A DNA stretch of 64,000 bases from Escherichia phage AV117. The DNA lies in sequence record OR352947.1. One strand, given 5' to 3'. Both the position numbers and the translations under genes were made by a program. The notes below the pieces were generated by a model. The model was not told the origin of the DNA, did not search any database, and saw only the letters and a program-made list of their open reading frames with translations. Positions within the stretch are counted from its first letter, which is position 1, and each line of letters opens with the position of its first letter. Positions 11,239-23,698 of this stretch are shown here, piece after piece.

Positions 11239-13494
11239 TTAAAGCTTACAAGCAGAACAATCTTCAGCTTTAGGTGTTTCTAATTCATAGTCATCTGTAC
11301 CTGACCCATCACGAGTGTTATGATAGTAGAGATTTTTTCCACCAAAGTACCAGAAGTAAAGCAGATCGTCAAGCATTACTGACATTGGCACTTTACCTTT
11401 CTCAAATACTGCAGGGTCATAGTAAGTATTAGCAGAAGCAGATTGGCACACCCATTTCAACATGATAGCAACTTGGGTCAAATAAGGTTTATTACCTTTC
11501 TTAGCAAGTTTCCACGCGTAGTCATAAAGACCCATGTTATGTTCTATATTAGGAACAACCTGACGGAAGTTGCCTTCTTTAGATTCTTTAATACTTACCG
11601 GACCGCGCGGGGGCTCAATCCCGTTTGTAGAGTTTGATACTTGACTGCTTGACTCACAAGGCATGAGTGCAGACAACGTTGAGTTACGAATTCCATGTTC
11701 TTTGAGTTCAGCTCGAAGTTCTTCCCAGTCACAGACGTAGTTCGGGGCTGCGATTTGGTCAATCTTTTTATTGTACCAGTCGATAGGTAATTCGCCTCTA
11801 GACCATTTAGTGTCTGAATAATACTCGCAACATCCTTTTTCTTTGGCGAGTTTGATTGAAGCTTTGATAAGGCCATATTGCAATCTCTCAAACAATTCAT
11901 GAGTCAAATCGTTAGCGTCTTCATATGAAGCAAAGTTGGAAGCTAACCATGCAGCATAGTTCGTAACACCAACACCAAGATTACGACGCTTTTTAGCTTT
12001 TAAAGCTTCTGGAACCGGATAATCTTGATAGTCTAACAGGTTATCAAGTGCACGTACTTGTACTTCGGCAAGTTCATTAATTTTGTCTTGGTCTTGCCAA
12101 TCAAATTTATCTAATACAAAAGCAGATAATGTGCATAAACCAATTTCAGCATCGGGACCATTCACATCATTAGTTGGAATAGCGATTTCACAACATAAGT
12201 TACTCTGACGAATTGGAGCTTTTTCACGAATAAATGGAGTATAGTTATTAGTGTTATCAACAAACTGTGGATAAATTCGAGCAGTACCAGAACGTTCAGT
12301 CATGAACAATTCAAAGAGTTCTAGTGCTTTGATTCTTTTCTTTCTGATTGTCGGGTCTTTTTCAGCTTTCTCATAAAGCTCACGGAATTTATCTTGATCT
12401 TCAAAGAACGAGTAGTATAGTTCGCCTGACATTTCGTGAGGGCTAAATAAAGTAATATAATCATTTTTACCAAGGCGTTCCATCATGAGGTCATTAATCT
12501 GAATTCCGTAGTCCATATGTCGAATACGGTTTTCATCCACGCCTTTGTTATTTTTCAGAACTAATAGGTTCTCTACTTCTAAGTGCCACATCGGATAATA
12601 CGCTGTAGCAGCACCACCACGAATACCACCTTGAGAACAAGATTTTACTGCAGTTTGGAAATGTTTCCAGAATGGAATAACACCTGTATGTCGAACTTCA
12701 CCCATACCGATCTTAGAACCTTCTGCACGAAGCATACCAACGTTGATACCGATACCAGCTCGTTTAGAAATATATTCAATAATTGATGCTGAAGTTTTGT
12801 TAATAGATTTTAACGAATCACCGGCTTCAATAACTACACAACTAGAGAACTGGCGAGTCGGAGTACGAGCACCTGCCATAATTGGGGTTGGCAATGAAAC
12901 TTGATGAGTAGAAACGGCATCATAAAAACGAATAATATGTTTCAAACGGTCATGAGTTTCGTCTTGGTGTAAGGCCATACCAATAGCCATGATAGCAAAC
13001 TGTGGAGTTTCATAAATCTTCCCAGTTGTTTTATCTTTAACTAGATATTTTTCTTTAAGCTGCATAGCACCAGCATAAGTCAGGTCAAAGTCTCGTTCAT
13101 GTTTAATCTGTGAATCGAGATAAATGATTTCTTCTGCTGAATATTGAGACAACAGCTCAGGGTCATATTTGCCTTCATTAACACAGTAAGAAATATGGTC
13201 GATAAAAGCAGGCGGTTCAAACTGCCCGTATACATCTTTACGAAGTGCAAACATTAATCCTTTAGCGGCGACATACTGATAATCAGGGTCTTCGACAGAA
13301 ATCAAGTTAGCTGCAACTTTAATACAAATCTTCTGAATATCTTTGGTGCTCATCCCATCGACAAGATGGGTCTTAATTTCTTCGTATAATTCATATGGGT
13401 CAATTTGTGTTCCTTCACATTGCCAAGTTAAAACTTGAATAATTTTCTGTGCATCAAAATTTTGAGATACACCACTGCTCTTAGTTACTTGCAT
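11239..13494 (-). CDS. nrdA: ribonucleotide reductase large subunit (class Ia)
   Basis: 751 aa; ATP-cone N-terminus and C-terminal redox cysteines; T4 NrdA-like. Confidence 0.95.
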   Translation of the reverse strand: MQVTKSSGVSQNFDAQKIIQVLTWQCEGTQIDPYELYEEIKTHLVDGMSTKDIQKICIKVAANLISVEDPDYQYVAAKGLMFALRKDVYGQFEPPAFIDHISYCVNEGKYDPELLSQYSAEEIIYLDSQIKHERDFDLTYAGAMQLKEKYLVKDKTTGKIYETPQFAIMAIGMALHQDETHDRLKHIIRFYDAVSTHQVSLPTPIMAGARTPTRQFSSCVVIEAGDSLKSINKTSASIIEYISKRAGIGINVGMLRAEGSKIGMGEVRHTGVIPFWKHFQTAVKSCSQGGIRGGAATAYYPMWHLEVENLLVLKNNKGVDENRIRHMDYGIQINDLMMERLGKNDYITLFSPHEMSGELYYSFFEDQDKFRELYEKAEKDPTIRKKRIKALELFELFMTERSGTARIYPQFVDNTNNYTPFIREKAPIRQSNLCCEIAIPTNDVNGPDAEIGLCTLSAFVLDKFDWQDQDKINELAEVQVRALDNLLDYQDYPVPEALKAKKRRNLGVGVTNYAAWLASNFASYEDANDLTHELFERLQYGLIKASIKLAKEKGCCEYYSDTKWSRGELPIDWYNKKIDQIAAPNYVCDWEELRAELKEHGIRNSTLSALMPCESSSQVSNSTNGIEPPRGPVSIKESKEGNFRQVVPNIEHNMGLYDYAWKLAKKGNKPYLTQVAIMLKWVCQSASANTYYDPAVFEKGKVPMSVMLDDLLYFWYFGGKNLYYHNTRDGSGTDDYELETPKAEDCSACKL

Positions 13495-13790
13495 ATGTCC
13501 TCTATATTAAATTCATCTTTAAAAAGTTTATTAACCACTAGAGCTATTATATCACCATGACAGGCTTTTGGTTTACATGTGCATCCTAATCGCATCCCAC
13601 GTAAAGGTTCAAGATGAGCTTTTGTGATTTCTCCGCTTCTAATTCTTTTAATAAAATCCTTTTTGAAAAGCTCAATAGCTTCTTCTCGAGAAGAGGCCTC
13701 CTTGCCTACATAATTTCCCCAGAATGTGCCACGATGAATATTAACATCAAAATCTGATTTGTATTTATTCACTACGCGGCATATTTTCAT
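13485..13790 (-). CDS. hypothetical protein (101 aa) with Cys/His cluster (GCTCKPKACHGD)
   Basis: ORF track. Confidence 0.5.
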   Translation of the reverse strand: MKICRVVNKYKSDFDVNIHRGTFWGNYVGKEASSREEAIELFKKDFIKRIRSGEITKAHLEPLRGMRLGCTCKPKACHGDIIALVVNKLFKDEFNIEDICK

Positions 13791-14008
13791 GTTACGTCAA
13801 CCTCAAACCAACAGTCATAAACATTATCCAAAAGATTATGCTTATTATATTCATACACCTTTGTAACAGAGAGAACTCTCTCTTCAAAGCCGTCGACATT
13901 AATTGTCTCAGTTTTAATAGGGAGCTCAAGAGGATTAGCATTATAAAGTTCAGCTAACACCTTTTTACTACCATGTCCTTTACGAACAATACGAATATTG
14001 ATACCCAT
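13787..14008 (-). CDS. hypothetical protein (73 aa)
   Basis: ORF track. Confidence 0.45.
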   Translation of the reverse strand: MGINIRIVRKGHGSKKVLAELYNANPLELPIKTETINVDGFEERVLSVTKVYEYNKHNLLDNVYDCWFEVDVT

Positions 14009-14256
14009 TAGTTATGTTCCAATTCTTCATATTCTTTAGGTGTCAAGACTGTGATATCAAAATAAACCAACGGTTCTTTTTCTATACCGTAACCACCACA
14101 AAATTCACGATATTCATAAATTCGTTCGTGTGAATAACAAATGAATCGTTCACCTTTAACTGTGATTTCACTATTCGGTGAAGGGATATCCAGTTCACTT
14201 GGATTTTTCATTTCAAAAATTGTGGTGCCATATGAATTAATAAAACGTAAAATCAT
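14008..14256 (-). CDS. hypothetical protein (82 aa)
   Basis: ORF track. Confidence 0.45.
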   Translation of the reverse strand: MILRFINSYGTTIFEMKNPSELDIPSPNSEITVKGERFICYSHERIYEYREFCGGYGIEKEPLVYFDITVLTPKEYEELEHN

Positions 14257-15952
<1,696 letters not shown>

Positions 15953-15986
15953 TTTATTCTCCTCTTCACTTTTATTTGATAGGACT

Positions 15987-16016
15987 ACTATAACATAGCC
16001 CTATCTTGTTGTAAAC
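15987..16016 (-). promoter_or_regulatory. early-type promoter-like element (-35 GTTTAC, -10 TATAGT) with GATAGG..CCTATC inverted repeat
   Basis: gtaaac 16011-16016. Confidence 0.45.
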
Positions 16017-16420
16017 TACTTTTTAAAAGTTTTTTGCAAAAGTTTGATGATTTCGTCGACGTTGGTTTCATCTACGATACAATGGATTTTTGTTACACCT
16101 AAAGTTATACCTTCGTTAGTAGGTTGAGGTTTTACTAAATCTACCTCAGTAAAGTACTCAATAAAGTATTTGAACTCGTCAGGATAAATCTCAAAATAAG
16201 TTTCAATTTCACCACCAGCGGAACATACAGTACCGTCTTCCATGGTTACACTTACTACGTTTGGCGTATCGCCATCATAATCAGGTTCCATTCCATTTAC
16301 AACAAAACTAGGTCCGTGGAGTTCAATCAATTTTAACATCTTAGCGTTATTGTGTGGTGCTTCTTGAACAAAGTCGTCTTTAAACAAAGGGTTAATGATA
16401 TAAGATTTTCCGATTTCCAT
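16016..16420 (-). CDS. hypothetical protein (134 aa)
   Basis: ORF track. Confidence 0.5.
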   Translation of the reverse strand: MEIGKSYIINPLFKDDFVQEAPHNNAKMLKLIELHGPSFVVNGMEPDYDGDTPNVVSVTMEDGTVCSAGGEIETYFEIYPDEFKYFIEYFTEVDLVKPQPTNEGITLGVTKIHCIVDETNVDEIIKLLQKTFKK

Positions 16421-16449
16421 TTTGATTTCCTCATGTTGTTGATAGAACT

Positions 16450-16478
16450 ATAATATCACATCTAGTGAAGAAGTAAAC
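16450..16478 (-). promoter_or_regulatory. early-type promoter-like element (-35 GTTTAC, 17-nt spacer, -10 TATTAT)
   Basis: gtaaac 16473-16478; ataata 16450-16455. Confidence 0.5.
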
Positions 16479-16509
16479 AACTTTTTTGGCAATTTACAGA
16501 TACTCAAAA

Positions 16510-16527
16510 GGGAGACCGAAGTCTCCC
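16510..16527 (-). terminator. UUCG-tetraloop hairpin terminator after gene 32
   Basis: GGGAGAC-UUCG-GUCUCCC directly after gp32 stop. Confidence 0.65.
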
Positions 16528-16533
16528 AATTTA

Positions 16534-17433
16534 TTATAGACCAGCTAACAGGTCATCGAGGTCGCCATCGTCAGAAGACGAGGAACTCATGAAGTCATCT
16601 TCAGTTTTTGCAGAACTAAAGGCTTCCATGTCTTTATCAAAATCGTCAAGGTCAGAAGCAACTTTATCTGCAACAGAAGCTGCTGCGGCTGCTGCACCAC
16701 CAAGAGCGGCAGTACCAAGAACTTGATTAAATTTAGTATTCAATTCTTCAAACGATTTGAACTTATCTTTAGAAGTCATTTCAGAAAGGTCAACCATTTG
16801 TTCGAACAATTCTTTCTGGAAAGATTCATCATCAATGTTTGGAATCGCAGATTGATTCAGGAATTTAGATTCGTCGTAGTTACTGAAACCAGAAACCTGT
16901 TTAACTTTCAGCACAAAGTTAGCACCTTCCCATGGGCAAGTTACATCAACAGGAGTTTCACCCATTTCAGTATCGACTGCAATCATTGCATTGATTTTGT
17001 CCCAAATCTTTTTACCAAAACGGTATTTGAATACTTTACCTTCGTTATCTGGAGCTTGTGGGTCTTTAACAACCAGGATATTAGCCCAATAAGAAGTTTT
17101 ACGTTTCAGTTGAGAATATTCTGTTTTGTTTGTATTGTACAGATCATTTTTACTAATGTACTGACATACTGGACAAGAGTCGTAATCGCCGTGTGTAGAT
17201 GAACAGGTTTCAATATACCATTTGCCGTTTTTCTTGAACCCGTGGTTAACAAGAATTGCAAACGGAAGTGCATCATCTGTTTTTGCCGGCAGGAAACGAA
17301 TTACCGCTTGACCATTACCGGATGCATCGAGTTTCAGCTTCCATTCACCTTTATCTTCTGAAGAGAAACCTTTGTTACCATTCAGTTTAGCCATCTGAGC
17401 TGCGAGGTCTGCGGTACTTTTACGTTTAAACAT
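16534..17433 (-). CDS. 32: single-stranded DNA-binding protein gp32
   Basis: 299 aa; matches recalled T4 gp32 incl. acidic C-terminal tail. Confidence 0.95.
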   Translation of the reverse strand: MFKRKSTADLAAQMAKLNGNKGFSSEDKGEWKLKLDASGNGQAVIRFLPAKTDDALPFAILVNHGFKKNGKWYIETCSSTHGDYDSCPVCQYISKNDLYNTNKTEYSQLKRKTSYWANILVVKDPQAPDNEGKVFKYRFGKKIWDKINAMIAVDTEMGETPVDVTCPWEGANFVLKVKQVSGFSNYDESKFLNQSAIPNIDDESFQKELFEQMVDLSEMTSKDKFKSFEELNTKFNQVLGTAALGGAAAAAASVADKVASDLDDFDKDMEAFSSAKTEDDFMSSSSSDDGDLDDLLAGL

Positions 17434-17521
17434 TTTATTTGCCTTTATTTAGATTATTAATTAAATTTTACAGTTGGTTGCTACGACACTTATACCTCGT
17501 AGCTGGTATGTTTTATTTATA
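17434..17521 (-). promoter_or_regulatory. gene 32 leader: AU-rich translational operator region, hairpin (GCTACGA..TCGTAGC) and late-promoter TATAAATA box
   Basis: tatttata at 17514-17521 (+); inverted repeat about 17481-17505; A/T-rich run immediately 5' of gp32 start. Confidence 0.4.
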
Positions 17522-17550
17522 CGGTAATTCTAACACAGATAAAATAAAGC

Positions 17551-18204
17551 TTAATACTTACATGATTTGATTGTTTCTATGAACAATTTCTTAGCGGCAT
17601 TTCCATCGATTTGAAGTATTTTTCGATATGCCTTTAATTTGGTAGAATAATTTTGCCAGACTAAGTTATCGGTGAGTTCGTCGTGCTTATCTATAATATT
17701 CAAAAATGAGTCCAACAATAAGAAAGTCTCAAATGAGATTATATTGCTTTGTAGCAATTTGAATATGTAGCTCGACTGAACGTTGTTATTATAATCAAAT
17801 ATCTCTTGAAGCGCACTAACTTCAACTTTCTTACTGAAATAGTAGATGTTACGTACGTCTTCAGCAAACGTCTCCTTGGCTTGTTTGAGACGTCCAATAT
17901 ATTCCCTATAGAAAACTAATGCATCAGCGTCTGATATCTCACCAATCCATGCGTCTTGGTTAGCAACTAAGTTGCTTATGAATATCAAGGTGAGTTCCTT
18001 CAATTTATATTTCTCTGCTAGTTTTTCAAAGAAATATTTATCTCGGCGTTTTTGATACGCATTATCCGAAACACGCATGCACCAGTTATATTTGATTACG
18101 TCATACCGACCATTAAAATGTTGTTTGCACATCAAGTATAGTTTGTATACCGATTTTCCGTTAATATAACGTTCTCCATCAGGAGGCATGCGTATTTTAA
18201 TCAT
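17551..18204 (-). CDS. 59: gp59 helicase loader
   Basis: 217 aa; T4 position between 32 and 33. Confidence 0.85.
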   Translation of the reverse strand: MIKIRMPPDGERYINGKSVYKLYLMCKQHFNGRYDVIKYNWCMRVSDNAYQKRRDKYFFEKLAEKYKLKELTLIFISNLVANQDAWIGEISDADALVFYREYIGRLKQAKETFAEDVRNIYYFSKKVEVSALQEIFDYNNNVQSSYIFKLLQSNIISFETFLLLDSFLNIIDKHDELTDNLVWQNYSTKLKAYRKILQIDGNAAKKLFIETIKSCKY

Positions 18205-18539
18205 AATAAGAAATCTAACGTATTAGTTTTTTCACCACGAGCAACTGATGGGCGAAGCATGTTTTCGTCAATTGCTTCGCTTGTAATTTTTTCAACAATT
18301 CCTGTAGGAATAAATTTAGCAAATTGTGTTTCTGGAATAGAATTTTCTTCCAAGAAAGCAGTTGTTGCTTCTAAATAAGACATACCAAATTGTTCAACCA
18401 TGGATTCGATAATGAATCCGTTTTCTTGTCGGTCAAGCAATTTAGCGATATCATCTTTATCGTGTTTTACTGCTAATTCTTGTTCAGATAAACCGGCCTC
18501 ATCAACCGGTTTAATATCACTTAGTGAAAACTGTGTCAT
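18201..18539 (-). CDS. 33: gp33 late transcription co-activator
   Basis: 112 aa; synteny. Confidence 0.8.
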   Translation of the reverse strand: MTQFSLSDIKPVDEAGLSEQELAVKHDKDDIAKLLDRQENGFIIESMVEQFGMSYLEATTAFLEENSIPETQFAKFIPTGIVEKITSEAIDENMLRPSVARGEKTNTLDFLL

Positions 18540-18804
18540 AAAGCTCGACTACCTCTTCGTTTTCAGCTTCAAATTGGTCACGAGCGTCTTTATGATAAAG
18601 AGCTAACAAACGATTAAACATTTTTCCATCGACGCCAAGCTCTTCTTTAGCACGAGTACGAATGTCTTTAATCAGTTCATTATAACCAGAAATTTTAAGT
18701 TTGTTATCGGAAGCTTCCTTGACTAGTTTAGCCAGTTCTTCACCATGCACATCTTGATTAAATTCAACTGCTTCTTTCTTAGCCATGTTTACCTCAGAAT
18801 TCAT
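18517..18804 (-). CDS. dsbA: DsbA double-stranded DNA-binding protein
   Basis: 95 aa; synteny between 33 and rnh. Confidence 0.7.
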   Translation of the reverse strand: MNSEVNMAKKEAVEFNQDVHGEELAKLVKEASDNKLKISGYNELIKDIRTRAKEELGVDGKMFNRLLALYHKDARDQFEAENEEVVELYDTVFTK

Positions 18805-19711
18805 TAATTACACTTGTTAATTTAGAAAGACCAGATTTTACAAAGTATGAATAAATCTTGCCTTTAGGTTGTGGTTTATATGAGTTATAATACTCTATAA
18901 TGGTTGAAGCAATATTATCAGGGATATAATCAAAATCAATGAGAACCAAATTTTCTTGATACCGTTTATATTCTTCTGCACTTAATAATACTTCAGCTTG
19001 AGAACGGTCATTGGCAATTGCTTCAATAATCGTTGTTTTCATGCTCGGAGTTCGTTCACCATCAACTCTGGTAAACCAGAAGTCGCCACGAACTCGAACA
19101 GATGCAACGCCATCTTTACGGTCGCCTTTAAGAATTTTAGTCATGCAATCAATTTCAGCAGAGCCGTTCTTAATTTTAACCCATTTTTTCTGTGGCGGCG
19201 ACCACTGTTTAACGTTAGGATATTTGTGTAATTGTGTAAAGTCACCATCTGATGCAACAATACATACCTTATGTCCAGCTAATGACAAATATTTAGTTAA
19301 TACACCGATATGGTCATCCGCTTCATATTTGTCAATATCCATTACAACGTATGGCATGTATTTCTTAATCTCATCAACAACTTGACGGAGCGCAGTAAAA
19401 TATCCTTCCCAATCCCACTTTGAAGCTTCACGATCGGTTTTACGATTTTTCTTGTAATAGTAAGCAAAGTCACGACGCCAATAACCTGAAGTAGCATTAT
19501 CCATACACAATACAAATTTTGTATAGCCTTGCTTACGGAACATCACTACGTTTTTACGAATTGAATTCAAGATTACATGGCGAACCATCGGAACAGTAAT
19601 TTTATCGCCGTCTTCAAAGTTGTTTAATGCAGCTGCTAATGCAATATTACTAAAGTCGGCAAGTGCAATACCTTCTTTGTAATCTTCATCCAACATCATT
19701 TCTAAATCCAT
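18794..19711 (-). CDS. rnh: RNase H (5'-3' exonuclease / flap endonuclease)
   Basis: 305 aa; FEN-type acidic residues; T4 position. Confidence 0.9.
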   Translation of the reverse strand: MDLEMMLDEDYKEGIALADFSNIALAAALNNFEDGDKITVPMVRHVILNSIRKNVVMFRKQGYTKFVLCMDNATSGYWRRDFAYYYKKNRKTDREASKWDWEGYFTALRQVVDEIKKYMPYVVMDIDKYEADDHIGVLTKYLSLAGHKVCIVASDGDFTQLHKYPNVKQWSPPQKKWVKIKNGSAEIDCMTKILKGDRKDGVASVRVRGDFWFTRVDGERTPSMKTTIIEAIANDRSQAEVLLSAEEYKRYQENLVLIDFDYIPDNIASTIIEYYNSYKPQPKGKIYSYFVKSGLSKLTSVINEF

Positions 19712-19776
19712 ATGAACCTCTTGTTCAGTTAGTCAACTTGACTATAGTAACATACTCATTTGAAAGCGTAAACTGG

Positions 19777-19784
19777 TATAAATA
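19777..19784 (+). promoter_or_regulatory. late promoter TATAAATA for gene 34
   Basis: Exact TATAAATA about 30 nt upstream of gp34 ATG. Confidence 0.6.
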
Positions 19785-19814
19785 AGTATTATTGAAACAA
19801 TAAAGGAAAAACGA

Positions 19815-22800
19815 ATGGCCGACATCAAACGTAAGTTCAGAGCCGAAGACGGTCTGGACGCCGGTGGCGACAAGATTGTTAACGTAGCATTAGCCGACCG
19901 TACAGTAGGTACTGATGGCGTAAACGTTGACTTCCTGGTACAAGAAAACACCGTTCAAGTATATGATTCTACGCGTGGATATAACAAAGGATTTGTTGTT
20001 CTTTATGACAACCGTTTATATCAAGCAATAAATGATATCGTGTCTCCTTCCGGGGCATTTAACCTTTTACAATGGCGTGCAGTTCGTACCGATGCACAAT
20101 GGATAACTGTCTCTTCTGGGACTTATCAACTTTCTTCAGGTGATTCTATTTCGGTTAACACTGGGGCCGGCAATGATATGGTTTTCACGTTGCCAAATGC
20201 GCCGGTTGATGGTGATACTGTTGTTTTGGCTGATATTGGTGGAAGAACCGGGACAGTTAAAGTACAGATTAACGCGTCTGTGCAGAGTATTTTAAACTTT
20301 AGAGGTGAACAAGTTCGTACAGTTTTAATGACGCGTCCACGTTCACAACTATTGTTTGTGTTTAGTAATCGTTTGTGGCAGATGTATATCATTGATTACG
20401 GTAAAGAATCAATCACTGTTACACCTGCGACACCATATCAAGCACAAGCAAATGATTTTATCGTTCGTCGTTTTACTAGTGCAGCACCAATCAACATTAC
20501 ACTTCCACGTAATGCTAACAATGGCGATATAATCAGCCTAGTCGATTTAGATAAATTAAACCCACTGTATCATACAATTGTTAAAACATTTGATGATACA
20601 ACGTCTATTGGTGAAGTCGGGACTCATATTGCCGAAGGCAGAAATGACTCTGACGCGTTTTTTGTTTTTGATGCTTCAAATAGTTTATGGCGTATATGGG
20701 AAGGCGACCAGAAATCGCGTCTTCGTATTATCCGTGCTGATTCAAATATTCGTCCAAATGAAGAAGTTCTTATTTTTGGCACAAATAACGCTACAACCGG
20801 AACTATTAATCTTACGCTGCCTACTGGAATTTTGAGTGGTGACACTGTTAAAATTTCAATGAACTACATGCGTAAAGGCCAAACAGTAAAAATTAAAGCT
20901 GCCGAAGGTGATACAATTGCTTCTTCTGTTGCGTTGCTTCAGTTCCCTAAACGTTCTGAATATCCACCTGATGCTCAATGGGTCTCTGTTACTGAACTAG
21001 AATTCAATGGCACTACTTCATATGTTCCTGTATTAGAATTATCGTATATCGAAGACACCGTTGCTGGTACACGTTATTGGGTTGTTCAACAAAACGTCCC
21101 AACTGTAGAACGTGTTGATGCTGGATCTGATGCCACACGAGCTCGTTTAGGTGTTATTGCTCTTGCTACTCAAGCGCAAGCAAATGTTGATTTAGAGAAT
21201 ACTCCAGCTAAAGAAGTTGCTATTACTCCTGAAACGTTGGCAAATCGTACAGCAACTGAAGCTCGACGTGGTATCGCTAAAATTGCTACAACAGCACAAG
21301 TTAACCAGAATTCCACAGCATCATTTGTGGACGATACTATTGTTACGCCTAAAAAACTAAATGAGCGTACAGCAACTGAAACTCGCCGCGGTCTTGCTGA
21401 AATTGCTACTCAGACTGAAACCGATGCTGGTCTTGATGACACAACGATTATTACACCTAAGAAATTGCAGGCACGTCAGGGCTCTGAAACGCTGTCTGGT
21501 ATAGTTAAATATGTATCGACTACTTCTGCTACTCCTGCTGAAACTCGTGGGGCCGCAGGCACTAACGTTTATAATAAAACCGTAAATAATTTAACTATTT
21601 CTCCTAAAGCCCTTGACCAATATAAAGCAACTTATGCTCAACAAGGTGCAGTAATTTTAGCTGTTGATAGTGAAGTAATTGCTGGTCAATCCCAAGCAGG
21701 TTATTCTCACGCTGTAGTAACTCCTGAAACACTACATAAGAAAACTTCTACTGATGGACGTATTGGTTTAATTGAAATTGCTACGCAAGCAGAAACTAAT
21801 GCTGGGACTGATTATACACGTGCAGTAACGCCTAAGACGTTAAATGATAGGAGAGCGACGGAAGGATTATCCGGCATAGCCGAAATTGCTACGCAAGTTG
21901 AATTTGATACTGGAACTGATGATACTCGTATCTCAACTCCACTGAAAATTAAAACTCATTTTGATTCTTCTGACCGTACCAGTGTTAATTCTGATTCCGG
22001 ACTTATTGAAGAAGGAACCTTGTGGAACCATTATACTCTTGATATTTCTAAAGCAAATGAAACACAACGTGGTACACTTCGCGTAGCGACACAGGCAGAA
22101 TCTAATGCAGGAACTTTAGATGATGTTCTTATTACTCCTAAAAAGCTTTTAGGGACTAAGTCCACTGAAACGTCTGAAGGTGTAATCAAGGTTGCTACTC
22201 AGGCTGAAACTGTAACAGGAACTTCTGCTAATACTGCTGTATCTCCTAAGAATTTAAAATGGATTGTGCAGAGTGAACCAGCATGGGCTGCTACTACAGC
22301 AATTCGCGGATTCGTTAAAACTTCATCCGGTTCTATTACATTCGTTGGTAATGATACGGTTGGTTCTACACAGAACTTAGAGCTATACGAGAAAAATAGC
22401 TATGCAGTATCACCATATGAATTAAACCGTGTACTTGCTAACTATTTGCCATTAAAAGCAAAAGCTGCTGACACGAATTTATTAGATGGTCTAGATTCAT
22501 CTCAGTTCATTCGTAGGGACATTGCACAGACGGTTAATGGTTCACTAACCTTAACTCAACAAACGAATCTGAGTGCCCCTCTTGTATCATCTAGTACGGC
22601 TACGTTTGGTGGTTCGGTATCTGCTAATAGTACATTAACTATTTCTAATACAGGTGCTTCAACTCGCTTAATATTTGAAAAAGGTCCACAAACTGGAAAC
22701 AACCCTGCTCAGGCGATGAATATCCGTGTATGGGGTAACCAATTCGCCGGCGGTTCTGATACATCTCGTGCTACGATATTTGAAGTTGGTGATGAAACAT

Positions 22801-23690
22801 CTAACCACTTTTATTCACAACGGGATAACCTTGGTAATATTACTTTCAGCATCAACGGTACAGTTCGGCCGATAAATGTCAATGCTTCGGGTTCTTTGAA
22901 CGCGAACGGCGTTGCAACATTTGGTAGTTCAGTTACTGCTAATGGTGAATTCATCAGCAAATCGTCGAATGCTTTTAGAGCTATTAGTGGTAATTACGGA
23001 TTCTTTATTCGTAATGATGGTGCTAATGTCTATTTTATGCTCACTGCATCCGGTGATCAGACTGGCGGATTTAATGGATTACGTCCTTTAGCTATTAATA
23101 ATGCATCTGGTCAAGTAACGATTGGTGAAGGGCTTGTTATTGCTAAAGGAGTCACTATTAACTCTGGCGGATTAACGGTTTATCCAGGAATTCGTTCACA
23201 AGGTTCTAAAACTGCTGACCTATACACCCGTGCACCAACATCTGATACTGTAGGATTCTGGTCAATTGATATTAACGATTCAGCCACTTATAACCAGTTC
23301 CCAGGTTATTTTAAAATGGTTGAAAAAACTAATGAGGTGACTGGACTTCCATACTTAGAACGTGGCGAAGAAGTTAAATCTCCTGGTACTTTGACTCAGT
23401 TTGGTAATACGCTTGATTCTCTTTACCAAGATTGGATTACTTATCCAACAACTCCAGAAGCACGTACAACCCGTTGGACACGTACATGGCAGAAAACTAA
23501 AAATTCTTGGTCGAGTTTTGTTCAGGTATTTGATGGTGGAAACCCTCCTCAACCTTCTGATATTGGCGCTTTACCTTCTGATAATGCAACAATAGGAAAC
23601 TTGACAATAAGAGATTTCTTAAGGATTGGTAACGTCCGCATTATTCCAGACCCTGTGAATAAATCTGTTAAATTCGAGTGGATTGAATAA
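19815..23690 (+). CDS. 34: long tail fiber proximal subunit gp34
   Basis: 1291 aa; T4 gp34-like with repeated beta-rich segments. Confidence 0.95.
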   Translation: MADIKRKFRAEDGLDAGGDKIVNVALADRTVGTDGVNVDFLVQENTVQVYDSTRGYNKGFVVLYDNRLYQAINDIVSPSGAFNLLQWRAVRTDAQWITVSSGTYQLSSGDSISVNTGAGNDMVFTLPNAPVDGDTVVLADIGGRTGTVKVQINASVQSILNFRGEQVRTVLMTRPRSQLLFVFSNRLWQMYIIDYGKESITVTPATPYQAQANDFIVRRFTSAAPINITLPRNANNGDIISLVDLDKLNPLYHTIVKTFDDTTSIGEVGTHIAEGRNDSDAFFVFDASNSLWRIWEGDQKSRLRIIRADSNIRPNEEVLIFGTNNATTGTINLTLPTGILSGDTVKISMNYMRKGQTVKIKAAEGDTIASSVALLQFPKRSEYPPDAQWVSVTELEFNGTTSYVPVLELSYIEDTVAGTRYWVVQQNVPTVERVDAGSDATRARLGVIALATQAQANVDLENTPAKEVAITPETLANRTATEARRGIAKIATTAQVNQNSTASFVDDTIVTPKKLNERTATETRRGLAEIATQTETDAGLDDTTIITPKKLQARQGSETLSGIVKYVSTTSATPAETRGAAGTNVYNKTVNNLTISPKALDQYKATYAQQGAVILAVDSEVIAGQSQAGYSHAVVTPETLHKKTSTDGRIGLIEIATQAETNAGTDYTRAVTPKTLNDRRATEGLSGIAEIATQVEFDTGTDDTRISTPLKIKTHFDSSDRTSVNSDSGLIEEGTLWNHYTLDISKANETQRGTLRVATQAESNAGTLDDVLITPKKLLGTKSTETSEGVIKVATQAETVTGTSANTAVSPKNLKWIVQSEPAWAATTAIRGFVKTSSGSITFVGNDTVGSTQNLELYEKNSYAVSPYELNRVLANYLPLKAKAADTNLLDGLDSSQFIRRDIAQTVNGSLTLTQQTNLSAPLVSSSTATFGGSVSANSTLTISNTGASTRLIFEKGPQTGNNPAQAMNIRVWGNQFAGGSDTSRATIFEVGDETSNHFYSQRDNLGNITFSINGTVRPINVNASGSLNANGVATFGSSVTANGEFISKSSNAFRAISGNYGFFIRNDGANVYFMLTASGDQTGGFNGLRPLAINNASGQVTIGEGLVIAKGVTINSGGLTVYPGIRSQGSKTADLYTRAPTSDTVGFWSIDINDSATYNQFPGYFKMVEKTNEVTGLPYLERGEEVKSPGTLTQFGNTLDSLYQDWITYPTTPEARTTRWTRTWQKTKNSWSSFVQVFDGGNPPQPSDIGALPSDNATIGNLTIRDFLRIGNVRIIPDPVNKSVKFEWIE

Positions 23691-23698
23691 GAGGTATT

